From Chrysochromulina tobinii (Eukaryota), in NCBI GenBank assembly GCA_001275005.1, contig JWZX01003216.1, forward strand, positions 1 through 48,883: 48,883 nt of DNA. The letters run 5' to 3'. A program made the translations under genes and the position numbers. Positions 1 through 12,182 of the stretch are shown here, in pieces. The notes below the pieces were generated by a model that was given only the letters and a program-made list of their open reading frames with translations, was not told the origin of the DNA and made no database searches. Positions within the stretch are counted from its first letter, which is position 1. Every line of letters begins with the position of its first letter.

Positions 1-1
1 T

Positions 2-3000
2 GACGATAAGGTCCAAGACTACTTTGCTGCGCACGCAGCCCTCGAAGCGCGCAAGGCCTTTGAGCGGAAATATGGGCCCATCCCGCCTTCGAACCGCGAC
101 GTCGAGCCGGACGAGGAGAGCTTCGAGAAGGCGTTTGGAGGCGGACCAGATCGCGCCAAACAGCTTGTCGCGGCCTACCGCGCCGCTACAGTTGCGGCTC
201 AACAGGCAAGCACCGCCGGGGAGGTGGGCAGCAAGCCCAACCCAACTGGCGCCGCCGCCACGGCCGATGCCAAAAAGAAGCTCCAGAAAACGATAAAATC
301 TGCATCCGAGCTCTTCAAGAGCGTACCGATCCCCTTTAACGACCCTAGTGCCGCTGAGCGCCTCGGGATGGTCTGCCTGTTTGCGACGCTCCGTGGCCCG
401 GACCTTTTGGAGCGGCTTCAGAGCAGGCACACCGAGCTCGCCTCCCAGTACGGCCAGGGTGCGGAGCTGTGGAGCTTCGCACAGTATCGAGAGGCATTTG
501 AGGCGATCCCCGAGCTCAAGGAACTGGTTCGCACGCCATTCATGCAGCAGGTGCGCCGCTTGAGAAGCACCGCTTGAGCCTTTCAGACCAAAAGCGTGTG
601 CTTCAGCCCTCTCACACCATGATGCTGGCCTGTGTGCCCCTCGCAGATCATCGTGGAGATCCTTCACAACCTAGCGGCGGCGGCGAGCCCCGCAGAGCCT
701 GCTCTCAAGTCCGAGATGCTTGCACTACTTGGCAACGAGGCGGTGACGAACGCGTGCTGGGCGCAGTTGCGCATTGCGGCCAAGGCGGAGAACGACCCGC
801 CATTGCTGCCGAATGGGCTTGGCGATATCCGAGAGGCTCTGGATGACTCGCAGCAAGGCGATAGGTACCGCAAGATGTACGAACGACTGAAGAGACGCGC
901 GGACGCTGTGCATCAACGTCTCGATGCTCTCGGTGAAAAGAAGCTGACTGCTGACGGCCTGCTTCGCATTCTGCTGCGCGTGCTTGCCCGCAAGCCCGTG
1001 CGGCGCCTCTTCATCTACGAGCTCTGGACTAGGATGTGGTGCGCGCCTTTTCATCCCCCGCCGCACACACGTGCTACACACCGCCACATTTCCAAACTCG
1101 GCGTGTCACCCCTTTTCTCTCCAATGGCAGGATCCAACGCGAGGCGGACAAGGGAGCGGGCCGGGCGACCGGCGCGACGCCCGCCAAAGTCGTGCTGGAG
1201 GCGGACGCGCTTGGCAGGTCGCTCGCACTTCGGATGACGATCGAAAACGTGTCCAAGCTGGACATGGTGGGGTCTGGCAGCGAGCTCATTCGCCGCCTAG
1301 AGACTAGCAGTGCTCCTTCGCCATTCGCCGCCTACCTTCAGGACGAGGAGGTGATGGCCATGCTCAAGGCGGCGCCCCTGACGACTCGCTCCGGGGAGCT
1401 GAGCTTTGTCCACAAGACGGTTCAGGAGTACCTGGCGGCGAGCGGCCTAGTCGCCTCGCTCCACCGCGCCTTTGACGGCACGAGCCTCACGGACGTTGAG
1501 TTCCTTCTGGACGAGCTCCTGCAGGCCAAGGCGAGTAAGCGCACGAATCAAGCGACGAAATCCATCTGGACGAGTGAGCCTGCTGTTGGAGATGCAGAGG
1601 TCGCTGCCAACGCAGCTCGGTTGCTAAAGTCGGCCAAGGCGCGTCCACTCGAGCGGCTGTTGGCGGGCCTGCCCGCCTCGCCTCTGTCGCAGCTGCGCCT
1701 TGCGCGCGAGGAGGATGGCTCGGTCATCGAGGAGCAGGTGCTCGACTTTCTGGTCGACGCGGTGCTGTCGGACACTGGCTTAGCTGCGCAGCTGCGCGTG
1801 CTGCGCAAGCTTGTTGGCGCGGTGGAGCTGCACGGCGGCGTGCTCGAGCAAGTTGGCCGCAACCTGCAGACGCTGCTGACCGCAAGGCTGGCCAAGCGGG
1901 CGCACGGGACGCTGCTGCACGAGGCGGCAAGGGAGGGCAACGTGGCGGTGCTGTGCCTTGCGCTCGATGCATGCAAGGACATGGCGGCGGAGAGCGAGTC
2001 CAACGCGGCAAAAGGGATGGCGGGCGATGCGGCGATTAAGGTGGCGGCGGTCGACGCGCCCGATGACCGCGGGCAAACGGCGCTGTACGTGGCAGCTGTA
2101 GCCGGCAACGAAGAGGTGGTGATGCTCCTGCTTGAGAACGGCGCAAACGCTGGCGCGCGAGCCCATCTTGTGGCGGAGCTGGCCATGGTCAAGAACAAGG
2201 TGGGCAGTCAAGACAGCGAGCACGGTGCACGCGTGCGTGGGCTGGTTGCAAAAGGTTGCGTTCCACAATTTGAGGACAATGGCCGTTCGAGTCGTTTCAT
2301 TGACGAAAACCTTGCCGTCGGCGCGTGGATGGCTGGGCTCACCTCCGCTGCCGTGGAGAATGGCTGCTGGCGGTTTGAGGTGGAGGTGGTTGAGGTGCCC
2401 ATCGAGCAGGAGGTAGAGGTTAATGCAGCGGGTCACAGAGATGATGTCTGGGGGCTCAGAAATTGTTCGAGATGCCCCCCCGAGCTGAGCGTTGGGTGGA
2501 GCGCGGACGACGCTGTTGTGGACGCCTTCATTCCTCCCGGTGTTGAGGGGGATCTGATTGCGATAGCGACGTGTAATGAGGATGTTTATGGGAAGAAGAT
2601 GGAGGCAGTGCGCGGCGTCACCCTCGGCCGTGATACAAGCTCCATTGGGTTCGAGAGCCGCGGCACCATCTACTGCAACGTACCATTCGAGATCTCTTGG
2701 GTCCACGGCAGCTCAAGTTTCTTTGACTCAATGAGTGTCAGTGGTATGGCGGGAATGGCGCCAAGCGCGCTTCAAAAATGGAGCAGAGGCGACAAGCTGG
2801 GCGTGGCAATCGACATGACACGCCACGTCGCTTTCTTTGCGATCAACGATGGCGAGTGGGTCGAGGTGCCACTGCCAAAGGAGGAGAAGCGCTTCTTTCC
2901 GGCACTGAGCGGTCGGTTCAGCGGTGGCGAACTACGGCTGAGCATCGGTGAGCGTGGCGATAACGGCTGGCGCAAGCGTGAGCCGCCGCCCGGCACGGGC

Positions 3001-5941
3001 CCATTCCGCGCAATCAAGGACGCCGCCACAGGCAACGCGCCCGCCCTGGCTGCGGCCGCTTCCGGCCACATAACTGTTGCGCGTGCGTTGCTCGAGAGTG
3101 ATGCTAGCGTGTGGGCAGACGTAGAGCGCGAGCACCGGTGGACGCTTCTGCACGCGTCCGCCCGGTGGAACGACAAAGCGCTGATGGAAGAGGCACTCAA
3201 GCATGCCCCTGGCGCAGAGAGCATGCGTGATGCGGAGGGGCTGTTCCCGGTCGAGCTCGCCGCCCTCCATCAGCAGAAGAATGTGCTGGCAGCGCTGCTG
3301 AAGCGCGACGTCGTGCAAGATTCGTTTGCGCCATTGAAGGACCTCCTGACTGTCTTCCCGAAGGTGCTCGACCTCTCAGAAAGGAAGCCTCCACTTGGGC
3401 CGCGAAATGCGGAGTTGCTTAGCGGACTGCTCCTTGTGCGCGGTGAGGGGTGCCACGAACTGAACCTGCGCGGGCAGAACCTTCGAACAAGCGGGTCGAA
3501 GGCACTAGCAAAGGCACTGAGGATCAACGGCACATTGACGTCCGTCGAGCTCGGAGACAACACGCTCGGGGACGAGGGCTGGGGCGCCATCTTTGCCGCC
3601 ATCTGCGGCAACAAGGACAGCAAGATCATGTCCTTGCACGCGTCCTCCGAGAACATCGGTCCAGCTGGTGTCAAGCTGATCGCCGAGGCGCTCCGCACAA
3701 GCGTCACAGGCGCGTTGACACGCGTCGACGTCCGCAAAAACAACATTGTGGGCGACGGCGCTGCGCAGCTCGCAGCCACTGTCCTTGGAAACCTCAAGAT
3801 CGAGATGTTCAACGAGGTCCCGATCAAGGAGATGCGTGCCGACTCGTTCACGGAGCTGGACTTGAAGGGGAATGGCGTCGGAGTCGAGGGAGGCATGGTC
3901 GTTGCGGGTCTCATACCCGCTATGGGCGCGCTGACGAGCCTGGATCTCTCCAACAATGCACTCTGCGGAGTGTGGTCCAAAGGCGGCACGGTCAGCGGTA
4001 CCTACACTGAAGAAGGCATCACAGCGATTGCGGACGCCCTGCGCGTCAATGGCGCGTTGACCCGCGTCGACGTCCGCAAAAACAACATTGCGGGTGACAG
4101 CGCTGCGCGGCTCGCAGCTGCTGTCCTTGGCAACCTCATGATCGAGAAGTTCAATGAGATCCCGATCAAGGAGATGCGCGCCAACTCATTCACGGAGCTG
4201 GACCTGAAGGGGAAGGGGACGTGGCCTATTGGAGTCGAGGGAGGCATGGTCGTTGCGGGTCTCATGCCCGTCATGGGCGGGCTGACGAGTCTCAACCTTA
4301 GCTTCAACCAGCTGTGCGGCCTCGAACTTACACTGTTTTCTCGTGGAGGAGGAACTTACACTGCAGAGGGCATCACAGCGATTGCCGACGCCATGCGCAT
4401 CAATGGCGCGCTGACGGTGACCAACCTTCTGGGCAATCAGCTCGACGCTGAGTCCGCCAAGATGCTCGCTGAGGTCGCCAAACAGAAGGGGATCTCGCTC
4501 TGCGGCATCCAGCGTGACCAGACCACCGCTGACTTCCGCAATGAGCGCCTCCAGCCGCCCGATGCTATCCTGCTGGCGTCGGACCTGTCACAGGCCGTTG
4601 TCACAGGCGTGCTGACGGAGGTACCCTGAGCTCAGCTGTGCTCCCTCAGCCCAGATGTGCTCCCTCTTGCACTGATTTCTGGAGGTCCCTAATGCATAGG
4701 TGAACTTGGATGGGTTTGCTCTCCCTGTCAAGAAGCTCAAAGGCACCGACCCCGTTGAGATGCTCGACCTCTCGGGCAAGAATCTTGGCGTTGCCTCTGC
4801 GGTTGTGATCGCCTCCTTGATCGGCGTTAATGGCGGGCTGACAAAGGTACTCGCTTTCTGACCCCCTACACATCCCTTTTCTGTTATCTAATCCACGCCT
4901 TTGCTTTGAATGGTATTGCAGCTGGACCTCTCAAACAATAAGCTGTGCGGCATCGATGATGATGGCGAAGGAACTTACAATGCGGAGGGCATCACAGCAA
5001 TTGCCGACGCTTTGCGCGTCAATGGCGGGCTGACGTCGCTCAACCTCTCGTCGAATGGAATCGGAGGCTACTGGGACGACGACCAGGAAACATTCGTTTT
5101 CACCCTTGAGGGGCCAAAAGCTATTGCAGATGCACTTTTGGTCAATGGCGCGCTGACGGCTCTGAATTTGTCCAACAACTACCTCAATAGTGAGAGCGTA
5201 AGTGCAGTCTGCGAGGCCATCCAGAGCAACAAGGAGACCAAGCTTGCGTCGCTCAACATGGGCAAGAACCGCTTCGGTCCAGTGGGAGCAAAGTCAGTGG
5301 CGGCCATGGTGGCCGTCACAGGCGCACTGACGAAGCTGTCACTCGCCAAAAACGAGTTGGGGGAGGTGGGCACCAAGGCCATCTGTGAGGCACTAGAACA
5401 GAACAAGACGCTTAAGGAGCTCGACATCAGCGGCAGCCACAATGGCAGCAACATCGGAGGGTCAGCAGGTGCCAAGCATGTAGCCAAGATGCTTGGCGTC
5501 AACGGCGCGCTGACCAAAATGAGGTACGTTTCGCCTCAAACTTGAGGGACCTTTGGGCCATAATCCCTGGCATGCCAACGTTTGTGCACGTTGCGTGCTC
5601 CATGGCTGTTGTGTAAAGCAGCGCTCTGACGCTGTTGCTCTGCCGCTGCTGCTCTTTTGTGAAAGAGCCCTGCGCCTCTGCTCTGCGTTCCCGCACGCTG
5701 CATGTCCTGCAAAAGGAGCGCTCCTTCCTTGCATCCTGCCATCGGATGCTCACTACTGGTCTTTGCTCCTTCCTTGCATATCCTGCCATCGGACGCTCAC
5801 CACTGCTCCTTGCCACCTGACGACGATGCCCCTCTGCCCACTCTCTGTGTGCGCAGCCTCGGCAACAATCACCTCGATGAGCAAGCCACGCAAGCCCTCC
5901 GAGACGCTTGTCGAGGCGCCCCATCCCACTTGGAGCTCTGA
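2..5941 (+). CDS. NLR-like protein, 5'-truncated: C-terminal part of a NACHT NTPase (HD1/WHD), ankyrin repeats with embedded SPRY-like domain, ribonuclease-inhibitor-type LRRs (NLRC3-like)
   Basis: Frame open from position 2. GT-AG introns at 551-646, 1039-1130, 4621-4699, 4847-4921 and 5524-5856 keep one frame to TGA at 5939-5941. Motifs: RTPFMQQ|IIVEIL, YELWTRMW|IQRE, FVHKTVQEYLAA (NACHT WHD), GTLLHEAA and GQTALYVAAVAGNEEVVMLLLENGA (ankyrin), WRFEVEV...WSRGDKLGVAIDM...FFAIND...FFPALS (SPRY), and repeated LTSLDLSNN..G..AIADALRVN (LRR). Confidence 0.85.
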
Positions 5942-6228
5942 GTGGCTCAAGCGCTCGCCCAGCTGTGAACCGCCCGGCTTCCCAACGACGAACATGCTGG
6001 AGCTCTGCGACCCGGTGTGAGTAAGCAATTCAAGCGCACGCGCCCCGTCAAGCATGAGGCCGTGATCGAGTTCGATGAGATCGAGTTCGATGTGGGCGAG
6101 CCGCCCGCACAGATGTGGGCGGGCCGCCTGCAAGTGCCTCGCCCATCCATAGCCCGCTTGCGCGCCGCGGTGCCAGCCAGCGCTGGAGTGCGCTCGTGAC
6201 CGCGCCCAGCTCGCGCATCGCGCGCATC

Positions 6229-6762
6229 ATGCGCCCCGTGCTCGACGAGGCGTGCTGGGCTGCCTTTGTGGCCCGCGCCAACGCGCACTACCGTGCCGCC
6301 TTCCTCGCCGCATTCAACGGCCTGCTTCTGAGGTGCGTCGGGAGGGTGAGCGGCGCGCCGTGCCCCCGCGACGCCACGGTCGACCTCTCCGCGCCCGACG
6401 CGGCCAACTGGCTCGCGCACCTCCACCTCGACCACGAGCAGGACCTGCAGATCACGTGCGATATGTGGAAGGCAGCACTGCCACCCTCGCCCGCAGCGTG
6501 GGATGACGGCATCAACGGCCCTCTCCTGTGCCACTTGCTCTTCGGCGTGCGCAACGACCCGCTCCACGGCGCGGCGATGGTACGCTTCCGGTGCGGCCCG
6601 CTGGGCTTGGGCAGCGGAGCTGGCTTTTGTACGCCGCCACACTGCGTGCTTTTTCCCCTGCACCCTCATGGCCGCTCACACCCCACGCGTACCCACGCTC
6701 CTTCCTTAGGCCACCAGCTGAACATGCCACACTACCGAAGGCTGCGCAACGTGGCGGCGTGA
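6229..6762 (+). CDS. hypothetical protein (start uncertain; possible intron near 3' end)
   Basis: Part of ORF 6115-6762. Supported mainly by amino-acid-level similarity to the degenerate copy immediately downstream (WDDG..G.LLCH.LF.V..DP...AAM.RFRCGP; M.HYR.L..VA). Confidence 0.4.
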   Translation: MRPVLDEACWAAFVARANAHYRAAFLAAFNGLLLRCVGRVSGAPCPRDATVDLSAPDAANWLAHLHLDHEQDLQITCDMWKAALPPSPAAWDDGINGPLLCHLLFGVRNDPLHGAAMVRFRCGPLGLGSGAGFCTPPHCVLFPLHPHGRSHPTRTHAPSLGHQLNMPHYRRLRNVAA

Positions 6763-6952
6763 CGTGTGTGGGAGAGACGCAGCACACGGGGAGGGACGCA
6801 GCACACGGGGAGGGACGCAGCATACGGCGGGTTGCGGGGAGGGACGCAACACACGGGGAGGGATGGCCATTCTTGCAGCATGCAGGGACGAGGAGCGATG
6901 ATGGCGTATGTCACGTCGACGTTGAAGTTGCGTGGGCATACGCGACGCTCGG

Positions 6953-7232
6953 CTCGACCTTGAGCAGGACTTGGTCGTGACGTGCGAATTGTGTGGGTGC
7001 AGGCGCTCGCGGCGCTTCCGCGCGCGCCCGCCACGTGGGACGACGGCGTCGACGGCGCGCTGCTGTGCCACTGCTCTTCTTGGTGCACGATGACCCGGCG
7101 GAAGAGGCGGCGATGCTGCGCTTCCGTTGCGGCCCCGTGCACGGGCAGCACGGCACCAAGACTAACTACTGTCACAAGCTCAACCGTTTATCAACAATTA
7201 TGTCGCACTACCGCGGCCTGAGCGACGTCGCA
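6953..7232 (+). pseudogene. frameshifted partial paralogue of the 6229-6762 ORF
   Basis: LDLEQDLVVTCE / WVQAL..PATWDDGVDGALLCH / LFLVHDDPAEEAAMLRFRCGP..MSHYRGLSDVA are spread over different frames, with shifts near 6990 and 7072. They match LDHEQDLQITCD..WDDGINGPLLCHLLFGVRNDPLHGAAMVRFRCGP..MPHYRRLRNVA upstream. Confidence 0.6.
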
Positions 7233-8175
7233 CTCAACAGTGGTCTTGGCATGAATGGAGGTGGCTGCTCGCTGTGTGCAGTGGTGTCGCATTCTCAGCT
7301 GTACCGTCACGGCTATATGCGCGCTACAGATGTACAACCGGCCTAATCAAGTATATAATCTCCTTTACGTTACCTTACCGACCGGCCGGCGGGGACCGCT
7401 CTCGCACGGCAGCATGCACGGCAGCGACGGCAGAGAACGGAAGCGACTCGCTCGGGCTCCGCTCGTGGTCGTGCCGTGCCCGCGGCGTGTCTCGCGGTCG
7501 TGCGGTTACGTTAATAACGTTAGCCGTTGAAGAGATGAATAATACGATTGGAGTATTGAAAACGCGCAGTTTCCTCCAGTCTCAGGCGTCTGAAGATATA
7601 TAAGTCGCCAGATCGGATACTGGGGGTTCTCGCGCATCCGAGAACCGTGCCTGTCTGGAGCGGCGGGTGAGATGCTAGGCCGCGCGCCGATCGGCGCGCG
7701 TCAGTGGGCGATCTCGAAAATCCTGGAGCCCCCAGGGGCGCTCCGGAATTTCCTCGCATGCACACCGGGAAAGAATACCTTATAAGGATCTTTGGTGCTT
7801 CCACAGAGGCTCGCGAGAACTAAATCGAGGCGAGCGCAAGCATCGTGACCGTCGCGAACCAGCGACAGCACATTCTCTCTCTCTTGAAACCCGCCCACCC
7901 GCAACCCACTCTGCAAGTGATACTCGATAGATCGCATGTAGTATGGTATTTATTTGTGTGTACCCCTAACCAGACCGTCGGCTTGGGAAGCGCCCGGTCT
8001 GGTCAGGGATTGGGGAAGAATAAAAGGCAAACCAACTCAATACCTCTTCAATAACCATACAAAGAACAGCTGGAGCGGGAAGACAGCGTACGCGGTACGG
8101 TTTTTAGTCGCGCCACATCTTCAAGTCACATCACCCGTTCAACACAATCATGCCCGCTCCACAACCCGCCTGACA

Positions 8176-11100
8176 TCACTGCCGCCTGTCGCAGTGGAGC
8201 CGCCTGGCGAGTCGCGCGCGTTCGGCGGCCATGTTGGCACGCGCCGCTCCCTCGAGCTCCGCCGCGCCCTCCGCTGAGAAGTAGAGGCGCTCGTGCGCCA
8301 GGTAGGAGGAGAGGAAGCCCGTGCGCCCCTCGAGCCAGCGATCGAGCGGGGCCCACGCGTACTCGAGGCGCACCTGCATGCAAGCTCATCAGAGGAGGTC
8401 ATCAGAGTGGGATGCAGGCGCGTACTCGAGGCACACCTGGCCATCAGTGGCCATCAGTGGCCATCAGAGGCCATCAGAGGCCATCAGTGGCCATCAGATG
8501 CATGGGCAGACTCGAGGCGCACCTGGCGCGCGTATTCCGCATAGGCATTCGGGGGCAACCCCAGCACCGCAATATCGGCGTCCAAAAAGTGTGCCAAATC
8601 CGCCTTCGCTTCGCCTTTGAAGTGCGTCGCCGTCCGTTCGATGAGCGCGGCGACGATGTCCACGTCGTCGGGCGAGAGTTTCGTCGCTGTGCCTGATGAG
8701 GGAGGTCATCAGAGGTCATCAGAGGTCATCAGAGAGGTCGGGCGAGAGTTTCGTCGCGCATGCACCAAAGCGTCGCCACATTTCGGCAGATCGCATCTCG
8801 TTGTGCGAGGCGCTCGGGTCGTAGACGGCATCATGGAAGAACGCGGCCAGCTTGACGAGCAGCGGGCGCTGCAGCAGGCCACGGGCTTCGAGGGCTTCGA
8901 TGCGAGCCAGCAGCGCCTTCACGTGCTCCATCGAGTGGTACCTGATTAGTGACGCAATCAGAGGCCATCAGAGGCCATCAGAGGCCATCAGAGGTCATCT
9001 GAGGTCATCCGAGAACATCAGTGGGGTCATCGGAGGTCATCTGAGGGGTCATCAGAGGTCATCCGCAACCATCAGCGGCAATCACGTACCAGCGGCAGGC
9101 TGAGCACAGCTCATCGCACAGGGTGCCCCACCAGCGTGAAGCATGCGCCGCCCCGACGCCCGCGGACACACAGAGAGCGTAAAACTGCCCCGCAGTCGAG
9201 TGTAACGGTTGCATGCGCAGCAAGCACTGACGCCGTCGGCGCGCGCCCTCGAGCGCCGTCGCGAGCTGCTGACGTGTCGCCTCCTCGCTGAACGCAGACG
9301 AGAGGGGCACATGTGCGCGCGCGAGGCGCTGCTCAGTCGTCATCTGCTTAGCTATCCGTGCCTCCGCTTGCTCGGTCGAGAGGCCATTACCTGAGGACAG
9401 ACGCAATCAGAATGCAATCAGAATGCACTCAGACTGCAATCAGCCTGCAATCAGCCTGCAATCAGAGGCAATTACGGCTAGCGAGTCGCTCGAGGACGGC
9501 GGGGTGGCTCGCGCTGATGACCCAGACTTCGTCCACCATCGCATCCCACTGGGCTTCGAGAAGGACGGCCGCCTCCATGACCACCACCTGGGCCTTGGAC
9601 GCGGCAATCTTCGATGCCGCGAGAGCCGCAGTCGCGGGCCACACGATGTCGGTGAGGCGCTTCATGTTGGCTCCGCCATCTTCATGAAAGACGAGCGCGC
9701 CGAGCGCCTTTCGATCGATCGTGCCATCCGCGCTCACGATCGCGTTGCCGAATGCGGCCACCAGCGCCGCAAACGGGGGAGTACCGGGCTGGTATGCCTC
9801 GTGTGCGAGCAAATCGCAATCGATCGCCTCGAGCCAGCCGCCACCGGCGCCGCCATCGATGGCGCCAGCAGCTGCCATCTCGCCCGCGAGCTCAGCAGCA
9901 GATGCCATCTCGCTCGCGAGCTCAACGAGCATCTTGCGCGCGGTCGACTTTCCCGACGCGATCCCGCCCGTCAGCCCGATGACGTACGGACCATGTTCGG
10001 GAGTGCGCCGGCACCTGATGACAGATGCAATCAACATGCAATCAGCATGCAATCAGCATGCAATCAACATGCAATCAGCATGCACTCAGCATGCACTCAG
10101 CATGCACTCAGCATGCAATCAGTATGCAATCAGCATACAATCAGCATGCAATCAGCATGTTCGAAAGTGCGCCGGCACCAGTGACGTTCCAGTCCGAGAC
10201 GTGAGCCTCGGAGCTGTGCGAGCTGGGCGCGCCGTGCGTCCGTGGAGCTCACCTGAGGGGCAGGGCGCTGTGGTGAGCACTTGCATGCAAGGCGAGCGCG
10301 CCGTGCGTCCGTGCAGCTCACCTTGTCCTCCTCCTCCTCAATGCAATCAGATGCAATCAGATGCAATCAGATGCAATCAGATGCAATTACATGGCCTCAC
10401 CTTGTCCTCCTCGGCCACCGCCGCCACCGCCGTCGCCGCCGCCGCCGCGCCGACAGCCGAGGACGCGGGCGGCGCGGGCGGCGCGTCCGCCACGAGCGGC
10501 ATCGTGATGACCCTCAACGGGGGAAGGACCACCCCGTCGGAATGGGCACCCTGCGCACGCTTGGCATTGCATGCGGCGCCACCCGACGCCGTCTCTGCCG
10601 ATACGACGATCGCCTCGAGAGCGCCGTCGCGGGTGGCGGGGCCGTATCCGTCCTGAGGAGGCAATCAGCATGCACTCAGAGATGCAACCACACGCCCATC
10701 CTCCTTATCAGAGCTCATCAGCGCTCATCAGCGCTCATCAGAGCTCATCAGAGCTCATCAGAGCTCATCAGCGCTCATCAGAGCTCATCAGAGCTCATCA
10801 GCGCCCGGCAGAGCGGCCACCATCAGCGGCCATCATCAGCGGCCATCAGCGGCCATCAGCGGCAATCATCAGTGGCCATCATCAGCGGCCATCAGCGGCC
10901 ATCAGCGGCCATCATCAGTGGCCATCATCAGCGGCCATCAGCGGCCCTCCGAGCGGCTTGATCTGTGAACGTTCACAGACCTGCAGAGCACTCAGTTCGA
11001 GCTTGATCGACGGCTTGATCGAGTGAACGAAGTCGTCGACGAGGGCGAGCCGGAGCTCGATCGGCTGCATGGAGGGGGTGTCGAGCGCGCCGTGATGAGC

Positions 11101-11872
11101 ACTTGCATGCAAGGCAGGTCATCAGTGGCATCCAACGCACCTGCATCAGCTCCCTCAGGGTCTTCTTTTGGAGCAGCGGCGCGTCCGACACGCCGCACAC
11201 GAGCCGCTCCGATGCGCAGTACGCCGCCAGCGAGAGCAGTAGCTTGTGGCCCACGTGAAGGTAGTCAAACGTGCCCCCCACGCACACGTGAGAGCACATC
11301 GGTGCCGGCGCGTTGAGGTCGCCGTCGCCGTCGATGGTGGCGGCGGTGGCGGCGGCGCCTGCGCCGGCCGCTGTGCCGCCAACGGGCGGTGGCAGCCACG
11401 TGCTGCTCGCGTCGGCGAGCGCGGCCACCTCGACGGTGACGAAGCCGAGAGGGGGCAGGTCGAGCGCCTTGCGTGCCGCGTTGATGGCCTCGAGCTCCTC
11501 TTCCTCCTCGGGCTTGCCGATGAGGACATCGAGCTCGGGCGCGCCCGGGCCGATGTCGCTCGACGCGCACGGCAGCAGCACGCGCACGTCCAGCGCGGGC
11601 TGCGTCCGCGCCACGTGCTGGTAGACCCAGTGCAGCTTCGCGTGCACTTCCGAGATGCTCAGTAGCTGCCAGTCTCCGCGCAGCGCCACGTACAGGCGGC
11701 GGTGCGCGAGCGCGGCCGATGCGGTGAGCTGCGCCTGCGCCTCGCGCGGCAGCGAGAGTGGCAGGCGCACGAGCGCGGACGGAGGCCGCGCAGGCGTCGA
11801 GAGCGAGGGCGCATCATCCAGCGCAAGGTCGTGGCCGCCGGAGGCTATGGACGAGGGGGTCGTCGAGACCAT
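8176..11872 (-). CDS. COASY: CoA synthase-like (phosphopantetheine adenylyltransferase + dephospho-CoA kinase) with C-terminal HD-superfamily (COG4339-like) phosphohydrolase domain
   Basis: PPAT motifs VGGTFDYLHVGHKLLL, DGYGP..LEAIVVSAET, KVSST. DPCK motifs YVIGLTGGIASGKST, IDCDLLAHEAY, EAAVLLEAQW, VDEVWV. HD part RWYHSMEH..AAFFHDAVYDP..NEMRSA..FLDADIAVLG..YARQVRLEY..ARANM. Introns at 11065-11140, 10653-10980, 10253-10400, 10015-10178, 9391-9475, 8942-9089, 8693-8765 and 8374-8522. Confidence 0.85.
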
Positions 11873-12182
11873 GACTTGGGTTTGGCGTGGCGTTATGGGA
11901 GGGCCTGTCGAGGTGGCGCTCCTGAGCACGAGCAGGAGGGATGCCAAAAGCGGCGTCGTCGTCGCGCTGGCAGCCTCGGAGCCGGGCTCCGAGGGACAGC
12001 TTCTCCTTAGATGAAAAACACGGCCGATTCGACTGACCGATTTCACCTGTGAATGGTGTTGCCTTGCCGAAAAAGTATCAGCTCGAATGGGTCAAGTTCC
12101 ACAAGTACGAGGGGTGGTTAGGTGTGACGAACTTGAACGGCTCTTTTGGGCGTCCTTGTTTTGGGCATCCTTGTGAGGGCAT

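Noticed and set aside
7681..7752. Perfect 20-bp palindrome (7681-7700) and adjacent hairpin; similar palindromes or hairpins at 32572-32608 and 41586-41603
   Set aside because: Could be transposon-end or regulatory remnants, but I found no partner TIR, TSD or second copy; weak evidence in GC-rich DNA.
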